Positions 37,784 through 50,399 are shown, numbered from the whole stretch's first letter. The stretch: 63,920 nt of DNA, filler included, from Pelomyxa schiedti (GCA_020536535.1; 7 parts of 7 records of this genome joined end to end with filler, not necessarily neighbours in it); one strand, 5' to 3'. Notes: generated by a model not told the origin, from the sequence alone. Translations and numbers: made by a program.

Positions 37784-39116
37784 TCACATCAACAGACAGT
37801 GGTCCTTTTTGTGGAGTGGTGTTGGTTGTGACAGTGGTGAATTCGTGGCGCAGCAAATGCCGCGAATAGCATCCTCGAGAGCAAGAACACCAAGGGCAGT
37901 GAGCAGCTCGGGAATGTTCATCATTGTTTTGGCTGAGACCTGGATGAATCCCTCAAAGTTGTGCTCCTTGGCAAATTTCAGCCCTTGTNNNNNNNNNNNN
38001 NNNNNNNNNNNNNNNNNNNNNNNNNNNNNNNNNNNNNNNNNNNNNNNNNNNNNNNNNNNNNNNNNNNNNNNNNNNNNNNNNNNNNNNNAGCATCCTCGAG
38101 AGCAAGAACACCAAGGGCAGTGAGCAGCTCGGGAATGTTCATCATTGTTTTGGCTGAGACCTGGATGAATCCCTCAAAGTTGTGCTCCTTGGCAAATTTC
38201 AGCCCTTGTTTGTACCAAGTTGTATTGGTGTTTCCAAGTTGTAGTAGGTCTGCCTTGGTGCCACAGAGAACCAGCTTTTTATTGTAGGGATCAGTTTATT
38301 TAAACATATTTAAAAAACCAACCTTGGGAACCCAGGGGATTTTGTGCCGGAAACCAGAGATGAAACTGGACAGTGGATCAAATGGGTTTGGGTTTGTAAC
38401 GTCATACACCAGTAACATGATAATAGCACCCCGGTAAGTGGTTATTGGCCAAACTCCTAATCCTTTGTCTCCACTGAGGTCTGCCATTTAATATTAGTTT
38501 TTTCTATTATTTTTCGAATAATAATAGATTGAGTGGGGACAAACATATCGTATCATACCCCAAAGTTCCAGTTTGACTCTGGCACCCTGGACATTCACGG
38601 TGGCAATGGAGACCCTTGCACCGACTGTGTGCACATAGTGCTCCACAAAAGGATGCCCAGCAAGAGCTTCAACAATGCAAGTCTTTCCTGACCCAATGTC
38701 ACCCATGACACTCACTTTGATTCCATGCTGTGCGCAGTCCCTGTATTTGGGTACCAGTTGGTCCAACTCGCCGCGCGGTGACGTCACCCATGCAACTCCC
38801 GCAAACCGCCGCGCGTGGATCATTTTCAGCTTTCTGGTTTGACAGAGTTTTTGAACGTCGTCAAAAGCGAAATAACATCTCCGCGGCCAAACAAGCACCA
38901 CAAAGCAAAACAGACAGCACACCGCACACCGCCGTTGTGACCTTACATTGCAGCGAACGAGTGGAACAGCTTGTTGACGCGGTCGAGTGCGGCCAACGTG
39001 AGCACATCGTCCACGTGGCCGATAATGCGCTCAGCAATGCACGCATCAACGACACCACCACGTTGCACGGAGTTGTTGCCAACACCAGTCCGGCTACAGC
39101 TGTTGCCAACATTCAT
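37784..39116 (-). CDS. F-box-like + Rab5-like GTPase with altered G3/G4 (module copy 2)
   Basis: IAERIIGHVDDVLTLAALDRVNKLFHSFA; GDIGSGKT; HTVGARV; LELW then DLSGD; LCGTKAD; QVSAKT; ends CLLM*. Spans a scaffold gap at 37989-38088. Confidence 0.75.
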
Positions 39117-39149
39117 TTCTCACAGTGATCACTCCCAAAATATTCGAAA

Positions 39150-41127
39150 ATGCAAAAGAAACGAATCGTCGGCTGGACGGACGAGGAGGAGGCATCAGAT
39201 GCCACACAACCACAACCACGACAACAACAGCAGCAAAGCGACGGAGGTTGGGATGGTTGTTACGTCGTAACAACGGCGAGATCTACAGCTGGATCTGGCG
39301 ACCAACCCAGCAGGGTTACGTCGGCGATGGCTGCACTCGAACTCGAACCAACGACGACCGTGGAGAGCGCAGCGTGGGCGACCTACTCCAACGACCGCAA
39401 CGTAGCGTTCACTGGAATGGTGCACCTCAGAATGCTGCTCTGCTCGGAGGGTACGCCATAATGCTGTTCTCGTACGAGACGCGCTTGCTCACTCGCTCTT
39501 GCATTTTATTCTGTAATATTGATTGATTATCTTCTTACTTACAGTATAAGGTATAATTATGTGAGGTGTCCTTATTACCTTTTTTTTGGCAGAACCGCCC
39601 ATTGCCGAAGTCATTGAGACTGGCGTTTTGCCGCGCCTCATTCAGTTTTTATCTCTGGTGTGTATAATTGTATGCATCACTTCTCCTTGATTTTTTTTGT
39701 TGTTGTTGTCACACTGACCATGATGGAACTGTGAATCTTCTTGAAGTCAGATGATACGAATTTTCAATGCGAAGCGCTTTGGGCATTAACAAACAGTCTG
39801 TTCTTTTGTTCTCCCCAAGTTTCAGCTTATTAAATTGGGAAATCAAGTTTGCAGTGGCAGCAACACCAAACAGACAGAGGAAGTGATTATATGCGGAATT
39901 TTGCCACAATTACTCGACCTGCTTTCCTCAAGTCCTGACGTGGATGTCTGTGAACAGGTACTTCCTCTCACACACAACACCAACAGTCCGGAACAAGGGT
40001 AACCAACACGAACACACACAGGCAACATGGGCACTGAGCAACATCTGTGGGGATTGTGCTGTGCACAGGGATTATGTCCTTCACCTGGGATTTTTCCCAG
40101 CGTTGTTCAAGGCGATGGCCAGATTCCAAAATCAAAGGACATTCTTGAGGAAAGCGGTATTTGCAAAAAAACTCCATCATCCTTCATCTCATCTCGCTTC
40201 AGGCATGGGCAATTTCCAATGGTTGTCGGGGAAGACCAACACCAGATATTTCACATTTCAAACCAAGTGAGTGCTCTCCCATCCAATCAATCATCATAAA
40301 ATAAAATATGGTGGTTTCCCAGGTGATGCCGGTGAATCAATTTCTCCTCTGGCCATGCTTGCAGCGCTCCTCCAATGTGGTGATATGTATATTTTAAGTG
40401 AGGCTTCCTGGTATGCTTCCTACACGCCAAAATCGCATCAAAACTCCTCCGTTCTTGNNNNNNNNNNNNNNNNNNNNNNNNNNNNNNNNNNNNNNNNNNN
40501 NNNNNNNNNNNNNNNNNNNNNNNNNNNNNNNNNNNNNNNNNNNNNNNNNNNNNNNNNTCAATTTCTCCTCTGGCCATGCTTGCAGCGCTCCTCCAATGTG
40601 GTGATATGTATATTTTAAGTGAGGCTTCCTGGTATGCTTCCTACACGCCAAAATCGCATCAAAACTCCTCCGTTCTTGCTCTGCGGCGCCAACCCCACTA
40701 CTCTGTGCCAGGGCCTTGTCTTATTTGACTGACTCTCCATCCTGTATCAAATTGATCATATCCACTGGGGCAATTATTCCTTCACTCATCCGACTTCTTT
40801 CAGTACGACAAACAAATATACAACAATAGTTATTGACCAACCAGGTCGGTGATATGAACATTCAAGTTCCAGCTCTGCGAGCATTGGGAAATGTTGCCAC
40901 TGCAAGGTTTTTTTCCATTAATGAATTAATATTAAACTTTTATCACAAACACCCCCGATCCGCATCTTTTCTTTTTCCAATTGCACTCAACACCACAACA
41001 CAATTACTCCGATCAGTGCCGGAGAAGCTCAGGAAAGTGAACACCCAGATTCAACTTATTTTCTCACAAACAAACAGAGCGTAATCGACGCCGGTATTTT
41101 TGAAGCTCTGATCCCGTTGTATGAACA
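39150..41127 (+). CDS. Importin-alpha-like ARM protein lacking IBB (module copy 2, 3' partial)
   Basis: LRMLLCSE/PPIAEVIETGVLPRLIQFL, FQCEALWALTN, QATWALSNICGD, WAISNGCRGRP, PALRALGNVAT. Confidence 0.8.
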
Positions 41128-41227
41128 NNNNNNNNNNNNNNNNNNNNNNNNNNNNNNNNNNNNNNNNNNNNTTAATTAATTAANNNNNNNNNNNNNNNNN
41201 NNNNNNNNNNNNNNNNNNNNNNNNNNN

Positions 41228-43174
41228 AGCAAGGAGTTTGGGCTTACAGGGCAATGACAGGCGCCACAGAAATCACCAAAAATCAAGGCAAAGTCAGTGA
41301 AAGGCAAATCCCTGAATCAGTAGAAGTCATTTGAGGATACTAGGTCCAGTGTAAACGAAATTGGGACTATCAGGAGAGTCACCAGCAACAATAATACCAG
41401 TGAGTAGACAGGAGTACGAAATTGGAACATACCCCACAAGGAAAGAACAATCATTGCCAACCATTCAGCGCTAAGAGAAAATGGAGATTCCTGGGACACT
41501 TAGCCACATAGACAGTGTATTCAGCATCAGAAATGATGCTACGAAATTGTAGAAGGCATACATCCCAGAGGCTATGTAAATTTCTTTGTTGGCAAAGCAA
41601 GAGATACAATGGAGGATTGCAAAAGGAAAGAAGCTCCATACTTGAGGAATGAAATCAGAATACAATGGAGTGAAGGCATACACAACTGGCGAAATGGAAG
41701 CAAATACAACGGACACTACCAAGCAATAACGGGATCATTGTGGCTCCACAAAGTCTCATACTAACTTCGAAAAAAAAAAAATGCACCAACTGAACTCACG
41801 TGTTCATTTGTCAACAGCCTCATCTCTGTGCTGGATGACAAGGAGTTTGAACCCCCCAATTGGGCCTGTAGAACCCCAAAGGCCTTCTGGTGGGACAAAC
41901 TCTNNNNNNNNNNNNNNNNNNNNNNNNNNNNNNNNNNNNNNNNNNNNNNNNNNNNNNNNNNNNNNNNNNNNNNNNNNNNNNNNNNNNNNNNNNNNNNNNN
42001 NNNTTGATTGAAGCCCAATGGACACAGCAGAGGCAAGCATCAGCATCATGCAACAATCTGAGGACCGACACAGTGCAAGTCTGCACAGTAGCATAGTGTC
42101 TAGACAACAATTAACAAGGCGATTCAAAGGAAACCTTACCTCACACACCACCAAGTCCAAATTGAGATCCCTGCCAAGCAAAGGCACGAATTTGAATCAA
42201 TCTAAAGGAGTCAGCTTCTCAATAGAAATTCGTGGGACATACCTGGAACTCTGCAGCTGTATTCCAACAACTGAAATGAAACTAACATGCAGGCAGCGCA
42301 TCTACTTCGTGGATGATTACTTTGGAAATCTGGGAGGTGCACTTACCTTCAAGCAACGCAATGGCAGTGAAGGCTCCAACCTGACAGGAAAGCATGCAAC
42401 AAAATGCACTGGAAATCACAGATGAGGCACTGCAGTAATTCTCTGAGAGGGGTCAGAAGTGAGCTGGAAAGAAGCTAAGATACCTGTGCATGCCAGGCAA
42501 AGAAACAACACCTTGCACTATGAGGGAAAAGAATTGAACCAAGACCCTGCATCAAAATATATCACCAGCAACAATCATGCTCAGCGTGGCTGATAGCTAT
42601 TTACCCACACCTACAACACATTAACGAAGATTAAGCAAGGAGTTTGGGCTTACAGGGCAATGACAGGCGCCACAGAAATCACCAAAAATCAAGGCAAAGT
42701 CAGCAAAAGGCAAATCCCTGAATCAGTAGAAGTCATTTGAGGATACTAGGTCCATTGTAAACGAAATTGGGACTATCAGGAGAGTCACCAGCAACAATAA
42801 TATCAGTGAGTAGACAGGAGTACGAAATTGGAACATACCCCACAAAGGAAAGAACAATCATTGCCAACCATTCAGTGCTAAGAGAAAATGGAGATTCCTG
42901 GGACACTCAGCCACATAGACAGTGTATTCAGCATCAGAAATGATGCTACGAAATTGTAGAAGGCATACATCCCAGAGGCTATGTAAATTTCTTTGTTGGC
43001 AAAGCAAGAGATACAATGAAAGATTACAAAAGGAAAGAAGCTCCATACTTGAGGAATGAAATCAGAATACAATGGAGTGAAGGCATACGCAACTGGCGAA
43101 ATGGAAGCAAATACAACGGACATTACCTAGCAGAAACGGGATCATTGCGGCTCCACAGTCTCATACTAACTTCG

Positions 43175-43239
<65 letters not shown>

Positions 43240-43241
43240 CA
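41228..43241. repeat. Direct duplication (41228-41789 and 42634-43241) within a stop-containing multi-pass membrane-protein pseudogene on the minus strand
   Basis: Near-identical copies offset by about 1406 bp with scattered substitutions; hydrophobic exons contain in-frame stops. Confidence 0.8.
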
Positions 43242-44790
43242 GTGACAACGCACATACATCTGCGACATCGACGCGGTCTCGGCACCATCGACCCGATGTC
43301 CGGCAACATGCCGGCACCACAGTAAACTCTCCCACAAGATTCACCCGACAACTCCGGCCTCACCGCACCATCCGCGGACCGACGCCGACGTATCTACGTG
43401 CATTTTTACACTCTATTACCACCACCACCGACGCCGAATGTCCGGCACCACCCGAAACGTTCCGCATACCATACCGCGGCAACCTCATGATTTATCGACC
43501 TCTACTGACCATTACCGTCACCCGACATCCGTCAAAAACACATTCTGCGGCCTACGCCACACTAATTGCAGACCGACGGCAACGCCTCCGTGAATTTTAC
43601 TCTTTTATCGACGAACTCTTACACTAACGCTGGGTGATTGTCATCACGCTCAACAGGAGGGGGAACGTGTGTACTTCCACAAAGTACACGAACTTGGCCT
43701 TGCTCGCGAGGCTCTGAAGTCCTGGCGCACTTTAGCGGGATGATTGGAGAGACTGAGGACTGAGCCGAATCTGGACTATTACCAGAATGAGACAGCGAAG
43801 GTAATGATCAGCGCACAGCGCAGCTGGGCGCACAAATACAGCAACAAGAACGTGGCAGGCGGTTTTGATTACATGCACACTTGTCCGAGAATCCATTTGA
43901 ACATCGCAGCCTTTTAACCCAATCGCACAACCGCTCTGCGAGATTTTACACACTCCCTTTTTACCCCCTTACAACAACGACCAAACAAACAAGAGAACCT
44001 CTTTATTCTCTTCACTCTCACTCGTTTTCTTCCTCTGTGGGACTTATTCTCGAGCCCACAGAAGCTAACAAATTGGTGGAGGATGCGTCACGTTCTCCGT
44101 GGCTCGTATCCAAACACTACGCAACATCGAAACTCGTAACTCACTCGTAACTCGTAACTCGAACTGAACCGATTACACCCGATCTCCGATGCTTCGATTT
44201 TACTCGTGGACCTTACGTAAACCTACGAGGACACTACGGCACACTAACGACACCGTACTTCGTTCGGCAGACATTAACCCGATTGCCGGATACTACCCGC
44301 GGCACTAATTCACATCACTAACCCTTATCTTAACGATCACCACGATGATTCGATGTTTTCGAGACTCTCACAAAGACTCTTATCGACCTCCAAATCGTTT
44401 CCTTTCTCATCTGTCAACGCACAGTTTGGCCCTGGACCAAGAACTACCCACAGAATACAACTCAGCCCCAAGTCAGGCCTGATCATGCTCCAAGACTCAG
44501 AGAGCTGTCACCACGCCACATACAGAGATGATAACTACTATGTTCCTACTACGCACTGTACCTGTACGTGGAATGCTCACGATCACGATCCATTACTACC
44601 GACACGACCTGCTTCACTGGCAACGAGTACGACAACACCGTCTGCGTTGAACAACCCGTTCTTTCTCGACATCGACCCAACACCAAGCATCAATCAGATT
44701 TCCTTCAAGGAAGAATGAAAAAATTCGATTCTATTTGCTTGATTTATGAAAGATCTTCAATCTCTTACTTCGCGGTACTGAGACGAGCAT
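43242..44790 (+). mobile_element. Probable truncated LTR-retrotransposon 5' region (LTR end, PBS, degenerate gag-like region)
   Basis: ...GCTAACA-aat-TGGTGGAGGATGCG at 44064-44087 fits an LTR 3' CA followed by a tRNA-Ala-like primer-binding site. The stretch is intronless and A/C- and CpG-rich. No pol seen. Confidence 0.45.
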
Positions 44791-44791
44791 A

Positions 44792-45368
44792 GTGGAGTCA
44801 GGAGAGACATGCAGAAATGCTGGAAAGCAGCCGCAAACCAGCGGAAGTCATACGGCAATGCACGGGCATGCAAATCCCACAGCAAAGATAAATACAGCAA
44901 GCTGGCATCATGGATGGCCAAGCCCTCAAGGAACCAGAACTGGCAAGCCTGGAATCTGCACTGAGATTAGGATCAGTGATTCCACAACCAGAACCAACCT
45001 TACAGCACAACGGCCAGCGCTTCTGGAGAGTCTAATTGCAATCCAGGAAGTAAAGGCTCACATTCTAAGAGGTATCAGCAGCAACCTGGGCTCAACAGCG
45101 GCATGATTGGAACTGAGAGGCTGCATGAGCAAGCCTGAAGGTGAAACCGCTGTGATTCTGCAGCAAGAGCAGAACAAGACTGAGGCAGCACAATATTACA
45201 AATCGCATCAGCATCCTCTGGAATGGTATCAGGGTGCAGAAGAGCGTGGATGTGATGAAAGAAGTGCTTACCAGCGAGTCTGAGCTGAGCAGAGAGCACC
45301 AACAGAGCCGGTTTGAGAACAGGCCAAGAGAAGGAGAAAATATGAACCCCTGAGCTCAGATAACTCAT
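44792..45368 (-). CDS. Hypothetical helical protein fragment
   Basis: 97-aa ORF plus downstream coding-like sequence, cut by the putative element and the contig end. Confidence 0.3.
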
Positions 45369-45864
45369 GAATTGTCACAAACCTGCGTAGCCATTAGCTA
45401 TTTAACAATTAAAACTTGAATTATACTTGAAACTGTATTGTNNNNNNNNNNNNNNNNNNNNNNNNNNNNNNNNNNNNNNNNNNNNTTAATTAATTAANNN
45501 NNNNNNNNNNNNNNNNNNNNNNNNNNNNNNNNNNNNNNNNNGCTTCCTGAGCAGGAGGAATGCTTCCATTGATGCTGTTAACCACCTCACTCACTCCCCT
45601 GATTCCCCACTGCTTCAGTTGACAAATGGAACAGCCCAACCAACAGCAGTGGCAGACCTCATTGCGCTTGTTGTTGAGTCGTGCCTCTCAATCCTCGGTG
45701 TGTGTTCTTCTCTGTTCACAAGAAGCCTTGATCACTGACCCAACCACAGAGAGGAACCGTATTCCCTTCACAGTGATTGTGAAACTGATGTTGTGCTGCT
45801 GCACCTGCGTTTGACCAAAAAAAAAGTACTGATTCTAAACAAAAGGGGTATGTTTCGGCATTTT

Positions 45865-47676
45865 TTATCTGGCACGGCCAGCAAAGGACATGAAACTGGC
45901 GAACCAGTGAAGTGACGACTCTGTCATGCGCAGGGGAACAAGCACGAGGCTGATCGGGAATGGGATGCGGAACCCAAGCTTGTACTGGAACAGGATTCCA
46001 AAGAACGCCATGACCCACGCAATGGCCTCCCCGATTTTGCTGTCATCCTCGCGCGGTGGCTGGAACATGTTCGTGGCGTTGTATGCGGCGCTGGCAGTTG
46101 GTATTGGGATGATCGGTGTGGCAAAAGTGGGCATGTCTGTGCCTGCTGTTGATGCGGTCGATTTTGTCTCGGGTTTGGTTGCTGGCGCTGCCGGCTTTGG
46201 ATCGAGGTACTTGAGCAATGCCCGCGAGAATATTCGGGAGCCGTTGATGGCACTTTGGACCACACTCTGTGCAATTGGGTTATTCTAAAGCCGGGATTTA
46301 CAAAATAAATACCTGGTAGAACTGCAGAGTCCACGCAATAGAGATGCCGATAAACTTGCACAGATATGCAACAACCAACTTGACCCAGCCTTGGTAGTCA
46401 GCAGGAACATACTTGTTAATAACGGGTGCTACGTGCGATCCAACACTTCTGTTTAGGAAGTCTCCCAAACTGTTGCCAAGAGCAACAGTCTTGGCAAACT
46501 TGAACTGGACGACGACTACAGCAGCAATAAAACCTTGGTACATTCCTTGCATAGCAGTGTTGAACTTAATTGGGTCAACATTCCTTAGCGCCAGTGTTGT
46601 CTTCCTTATCAGTAGCTGCCCAGCGGGTATCTCATCTACATCAGGAATACCATTACCATCGTCGTCCTTCTTGTCATCTGCGTCACTTGCTTTCTTTACC
46701 TTCTGGGCTGCCTCGTAAAGATCAATTACACAGGCCCAGAGTTTGGTGCCGGCACCGCTTTGCTTGAATGCCTCAACCACAGCAAGTGTAGCAGCAAAGT
46801 GCCCACCAAACAAGCAGACGCACAAACCGAAAATCATCTGATCTACATGGGGTGGGAGGCGCTTGTAGATGCTAACGAGTCTTCCGTAGAAAGATGTAAC
46901 AAACGGTAGTACGACAGCGAGGATAGTAGCGGCCTGTAAGAAAATTTTCTCCGCAATCTGAGCATACTTAGCCAAAGATGGTGGAAGCCTTTGGAAACAA
47001 GTTAATGCTTTGAACAACATTGTAGATACACAAATTTACTATTAGATAAGAGATGATACTTTTCGGCAGCGGCACGGAACAGCCTTGCACCTCGTTCCTC
47101 AGCTGTTAGTACTCGGGGAACAATTTTCCGCTGTCTCAGCTCCGACTCGGGTGTAGCCAGTGGTTCGGGAGTCGCGGTAGTCTCGCTTAGTGTAGGTGCC
47201 GGTGTTGCTGGGGCGGGTTCGGGAGCTGAAGTCCAATTTCCCAGGGCGCTACCAACTTCGCGGATTGCCGAAGAAGCAATGGAAGAAGCCATCGATGAAG
47301 TCAAGCTGCTTCGTGGCTTGGATTCTTCGACGGAGGAGTCCGTTTGTGTAAGCTCCGGACCAACTGAATTGAAGCCCGGAGTTGGCTCTGGATAAAGGCC
47401 CGAGGTTGCTTGGAGAACTGGCGTGAACGTAGGAGGCGTGGAGAAAATGGGAGGTACGCTCGCCAACATAGCCGCCGGCGGGATACTCGCCAACATATTA
47501 GCCGGCGGTATACTAGCCAGCATTTCAGCGGGCACTTTCGGGGGAATACTAGCCAACATAGCCGCGGGTACGCTGGCGAGCATGTCGACTTGCGGTGGTT
47601 GTGCGAACCCAGACGTCAACACACTAGGCGGTACACTGGACAACATATCCGCACTCGGGATCTTGTCGTCGGCCAT
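45865..47676 (-). CDS. Multi-pass membrane protein of unknown function with N-terminal MLAS(I/V)PP repeats
   Basis: Three long exons (47002-47676, 46298-47020, 45865-46263 frames), with CLFGGHFAATLAVVEAF, DDKKDDDGNGIPDVDEI and hydrophobic helices. Confidence 0.7.
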
Positions 47677-48006
47677 TGTCGCAAATCCGGTGCTGTGGTG
47701 TTGCTTGTGGGTTTTTGTTTATTGATTACAGTAAGTTTCGGTAAAACAACGTTTTAAAAATTCCCGGTAGTTTATCAGAACAAGATTTTTTTGGTGACTC
47801 TGACAAACTGGTGCCTCAGTTGCCAATAATAGACCACCAACACAACGAGGACCAAGTTGAGTTGGTCGATGACGATGCTGTGTGGTAATGACTGTGTTTG
47901 TTTATTGCTTTTGTTTTTTTTTTCGTGTTTGTTTGAGTAGTTGTTAGAAGTTGAGTTGAAGTCAACAACGCAAGGAAGAGACAGGTAAGTAGTGGCGAGA
48001 AGGGAA

Positions 48007-50234
48007 CTAGCAGCGGCCTTTGCGGGATTTCTTTGGCGAAGGTGCTTCGGCTTCTGAGCTACTGCTACTGCTACTGCTGCTACTACTACTACTTTTATGT
48101 TTGCTTTTGCTCTTGTTGGTCTTGCTGGTTTTGGACTTGGTGCTGGGACTCTTGGATTTACTCTTGGTTTTGGTTTTGCTCTTGCTCTTGTTGTGAGCGT
48201 CGCTATCGCTGCTGGAATCGTCGCTGGAACTGTCGCTGTCGCTGGAGGAGCTCTTTTTGCTTTTCTTTGTGGTTTTGCGGCTGCTGGAGGTCTTTTTGGT
48301 GTCCGACTTTGGCTTCTTGGTTTTGCTGGTTCTTGACTTATCTTTCTTGTCATCTTCTGAGGAAGACTCGGGCTCCCTTGCTTTGGAACGTTTCCGCGAG
48401 AGTGACCTTGTCTTTTCTTCTGCTATGTCTTCCTTGGCTGGAGACTTGGTACTTGTTGTGGTGGTTGTGGTTGTAGTTTCGGCGGAAGGCTTTTCTGTGG
48501 GTGCATCACTTTCGGATTTTGATTCCTCCTCTGGGGAACCTGACATTGCTAAATGATGGCGGTTGCTGCGAGGTGCTCCACCAAATATTTCAGTGGCATC
48601 GCCATAATATCTGTTGACTTTGGGGCTCTTAGGGAAAAATCAGTTATAGTCGTAAAGAGAGCTATTCAACTTTGTAGGGAGTCAGGTCATATTTCGGGTG
48701 GCAGGGGTAGAATTTATAGAGCTTCAAGTTGTCACGCATCAACTGTTGCTCGGCGGCGGTGTAGTACTTGTTCAGTAGAGCCATGACGTTGTTAAAGTTT
48801 TCTTGCACCGTTTCTCTTGCCCGCTTAAACTCACCTACTAGACGTTCTTTCAGTGGAGCTCTTGCCTCCTCTAAGCACAGATTACGTTTCAAGGACATGG
48901 AGTAGAGAAAAGCTACCAGGGAGTTCATACTCATCTAACTGTGTTTGTACCCAATTGTTTGGTGTGTCGCCAAGTTCTGTTTCGTGTTACACTTAAAAAC
49001 CAAAAATAGGACCGACCTTTAGAGAAAGAGAGCTTCTCCTTTAGCGCCTTTCCGTTCCACTCAAAGTCAAATTCAACTTGTGTGACCTCAGGTTTTCCTT
49101 CTTTTTCAATGCGCTGGGGAATGAGATGATCTAAAATTTTGGTTAAACAAAAGAAACCAGTGTTGTTGTGGTACATGGATTTATATATTCAAAGGAATGG
49201 ATCTCCTCTTCTTCCATGCGAGATTGTTTGGAAGACCGGAAGTTCCATGCAAGTGTATAAAGTGGTGGTTTAAAACCCCGTGTAACATCCACTGACACTG
49301 ATCTATGGAAAGTGGGAGAAAAAACACCTTGCACTGGAAAACATACGAAGGAAGGAACGGTAACCAATCCAAGTTGGCAGTGGACATGTGTTGTGGTTCT
49401 CCTCCAAATGGCATGAGGGCCCTCTTCTGCCCTTCTAATGTTTGGACACTGTCCCTAGAAATCATACTAGTAAAAGTGAGAGACAAAAACTTACAAGAAC
49501 ACATTACGGGAGCGGTGCAACAGGGCAAGCATAAGTAAAGATAACAGGAACTGGGACAATCTTTTCCAAAATGTAAATTGCTGAAGTTGGGTAAGCAGAT
49601 CAATGGTGGTGCCCAGGAATTACGTTCGGAGCTCATCCACATATAAACGGGAAAAGGAACATCGGAGAGACAACCACGGGAAAATTGCTCTACAAGGTCC
49701 GGGAAAGTGAAAGCGTCAGCTTTCATCTTAAAAATTGTCACAATAACAGAATGACCAGAAACCCACCTGTTTAATGGAAGCCAATTCAACGCCAACAAAC
49801 TCGAGTTGCTTCCAATTCTGGTCAACAGGTCAGATATGCTGGGGAAAAAGAAGAACTCACGAATGACTTCACAATAGTCTGACATAGCATACGCCGTCTT
49901 TTCAAGTTCCTCGGGCTGTTCTTGTTAGCCTGTTTCTTTGTTTTTCCTTTTCCTTTTGCCTTGCCCTTTCCCCCCTTGGCGCCGCCCTCAGTGGGACTTG
50001 CTGAGTCCTCAGTAGCGGCTACAGCCGCCTTTTCCCCAGCAGGCGCTTCAGCTGGTGCTGGCTCTTTTGGCATCGGCTCATCTGCGGGAAACAGTGCCAA
50101 AATTGTGTGAGTACCCCAACGACGTCTCCAAAGCAACCAAACCAACAACAAACAAGGAGGACATTGGTACCATGAGATCTGGCTTTGTCGTCGCCGGCAA
50201 CGGGGACTTTGGCGTCTACCGTGTCACCGGACAT
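48007..50234 (-). CDS. HEAT INTOLERANT 4 (HIT4)-like nuclear protein with Ser/Lys-rich tail
   Basis: Exons PVIFTYACPVAP, DSVQT, FDFEW, EYELP, NLKLYKFYP and SPKVNRYYGDATEIF resemble the plant HIT4 C-terminal motif (FYKFYP...INRYYGKA). Confidence 0.7.
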
Positions 50235-50399
50235 AATTACAATGGAAATATGTTTTTGTGATTGATTTTGATGTGCAACTGTAGCCTTTGGCGTTAGTTC
50301 CCGGTTGAAGTGAAGTTCCTCCCCAACAACACCAACAAAAAAAAATGAAAAAACGAGGGAGGGAGAATCCTCGCTTGTCTTTTTCTTATCTTTTAATTT

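Noticed and set aside
37868-38208. About 120-bp direct repeat flanking a 100-N gap (also 40337-40678)
   Set aside because: Identical sequence on both sides of a scaffold gap indicates an unmerged contig overlap, not an exon duplication.
43016-43627. 203-aa poly-Lys ORF, or the poly-A as a retrocopy tail
   Set aside because: The ORF spans the antisense of a pseudogene, a homopolymer and the start of the insertion. A shorter A-run sits at the same position in the other duplicate, so the tract is an expanded homopolymer.
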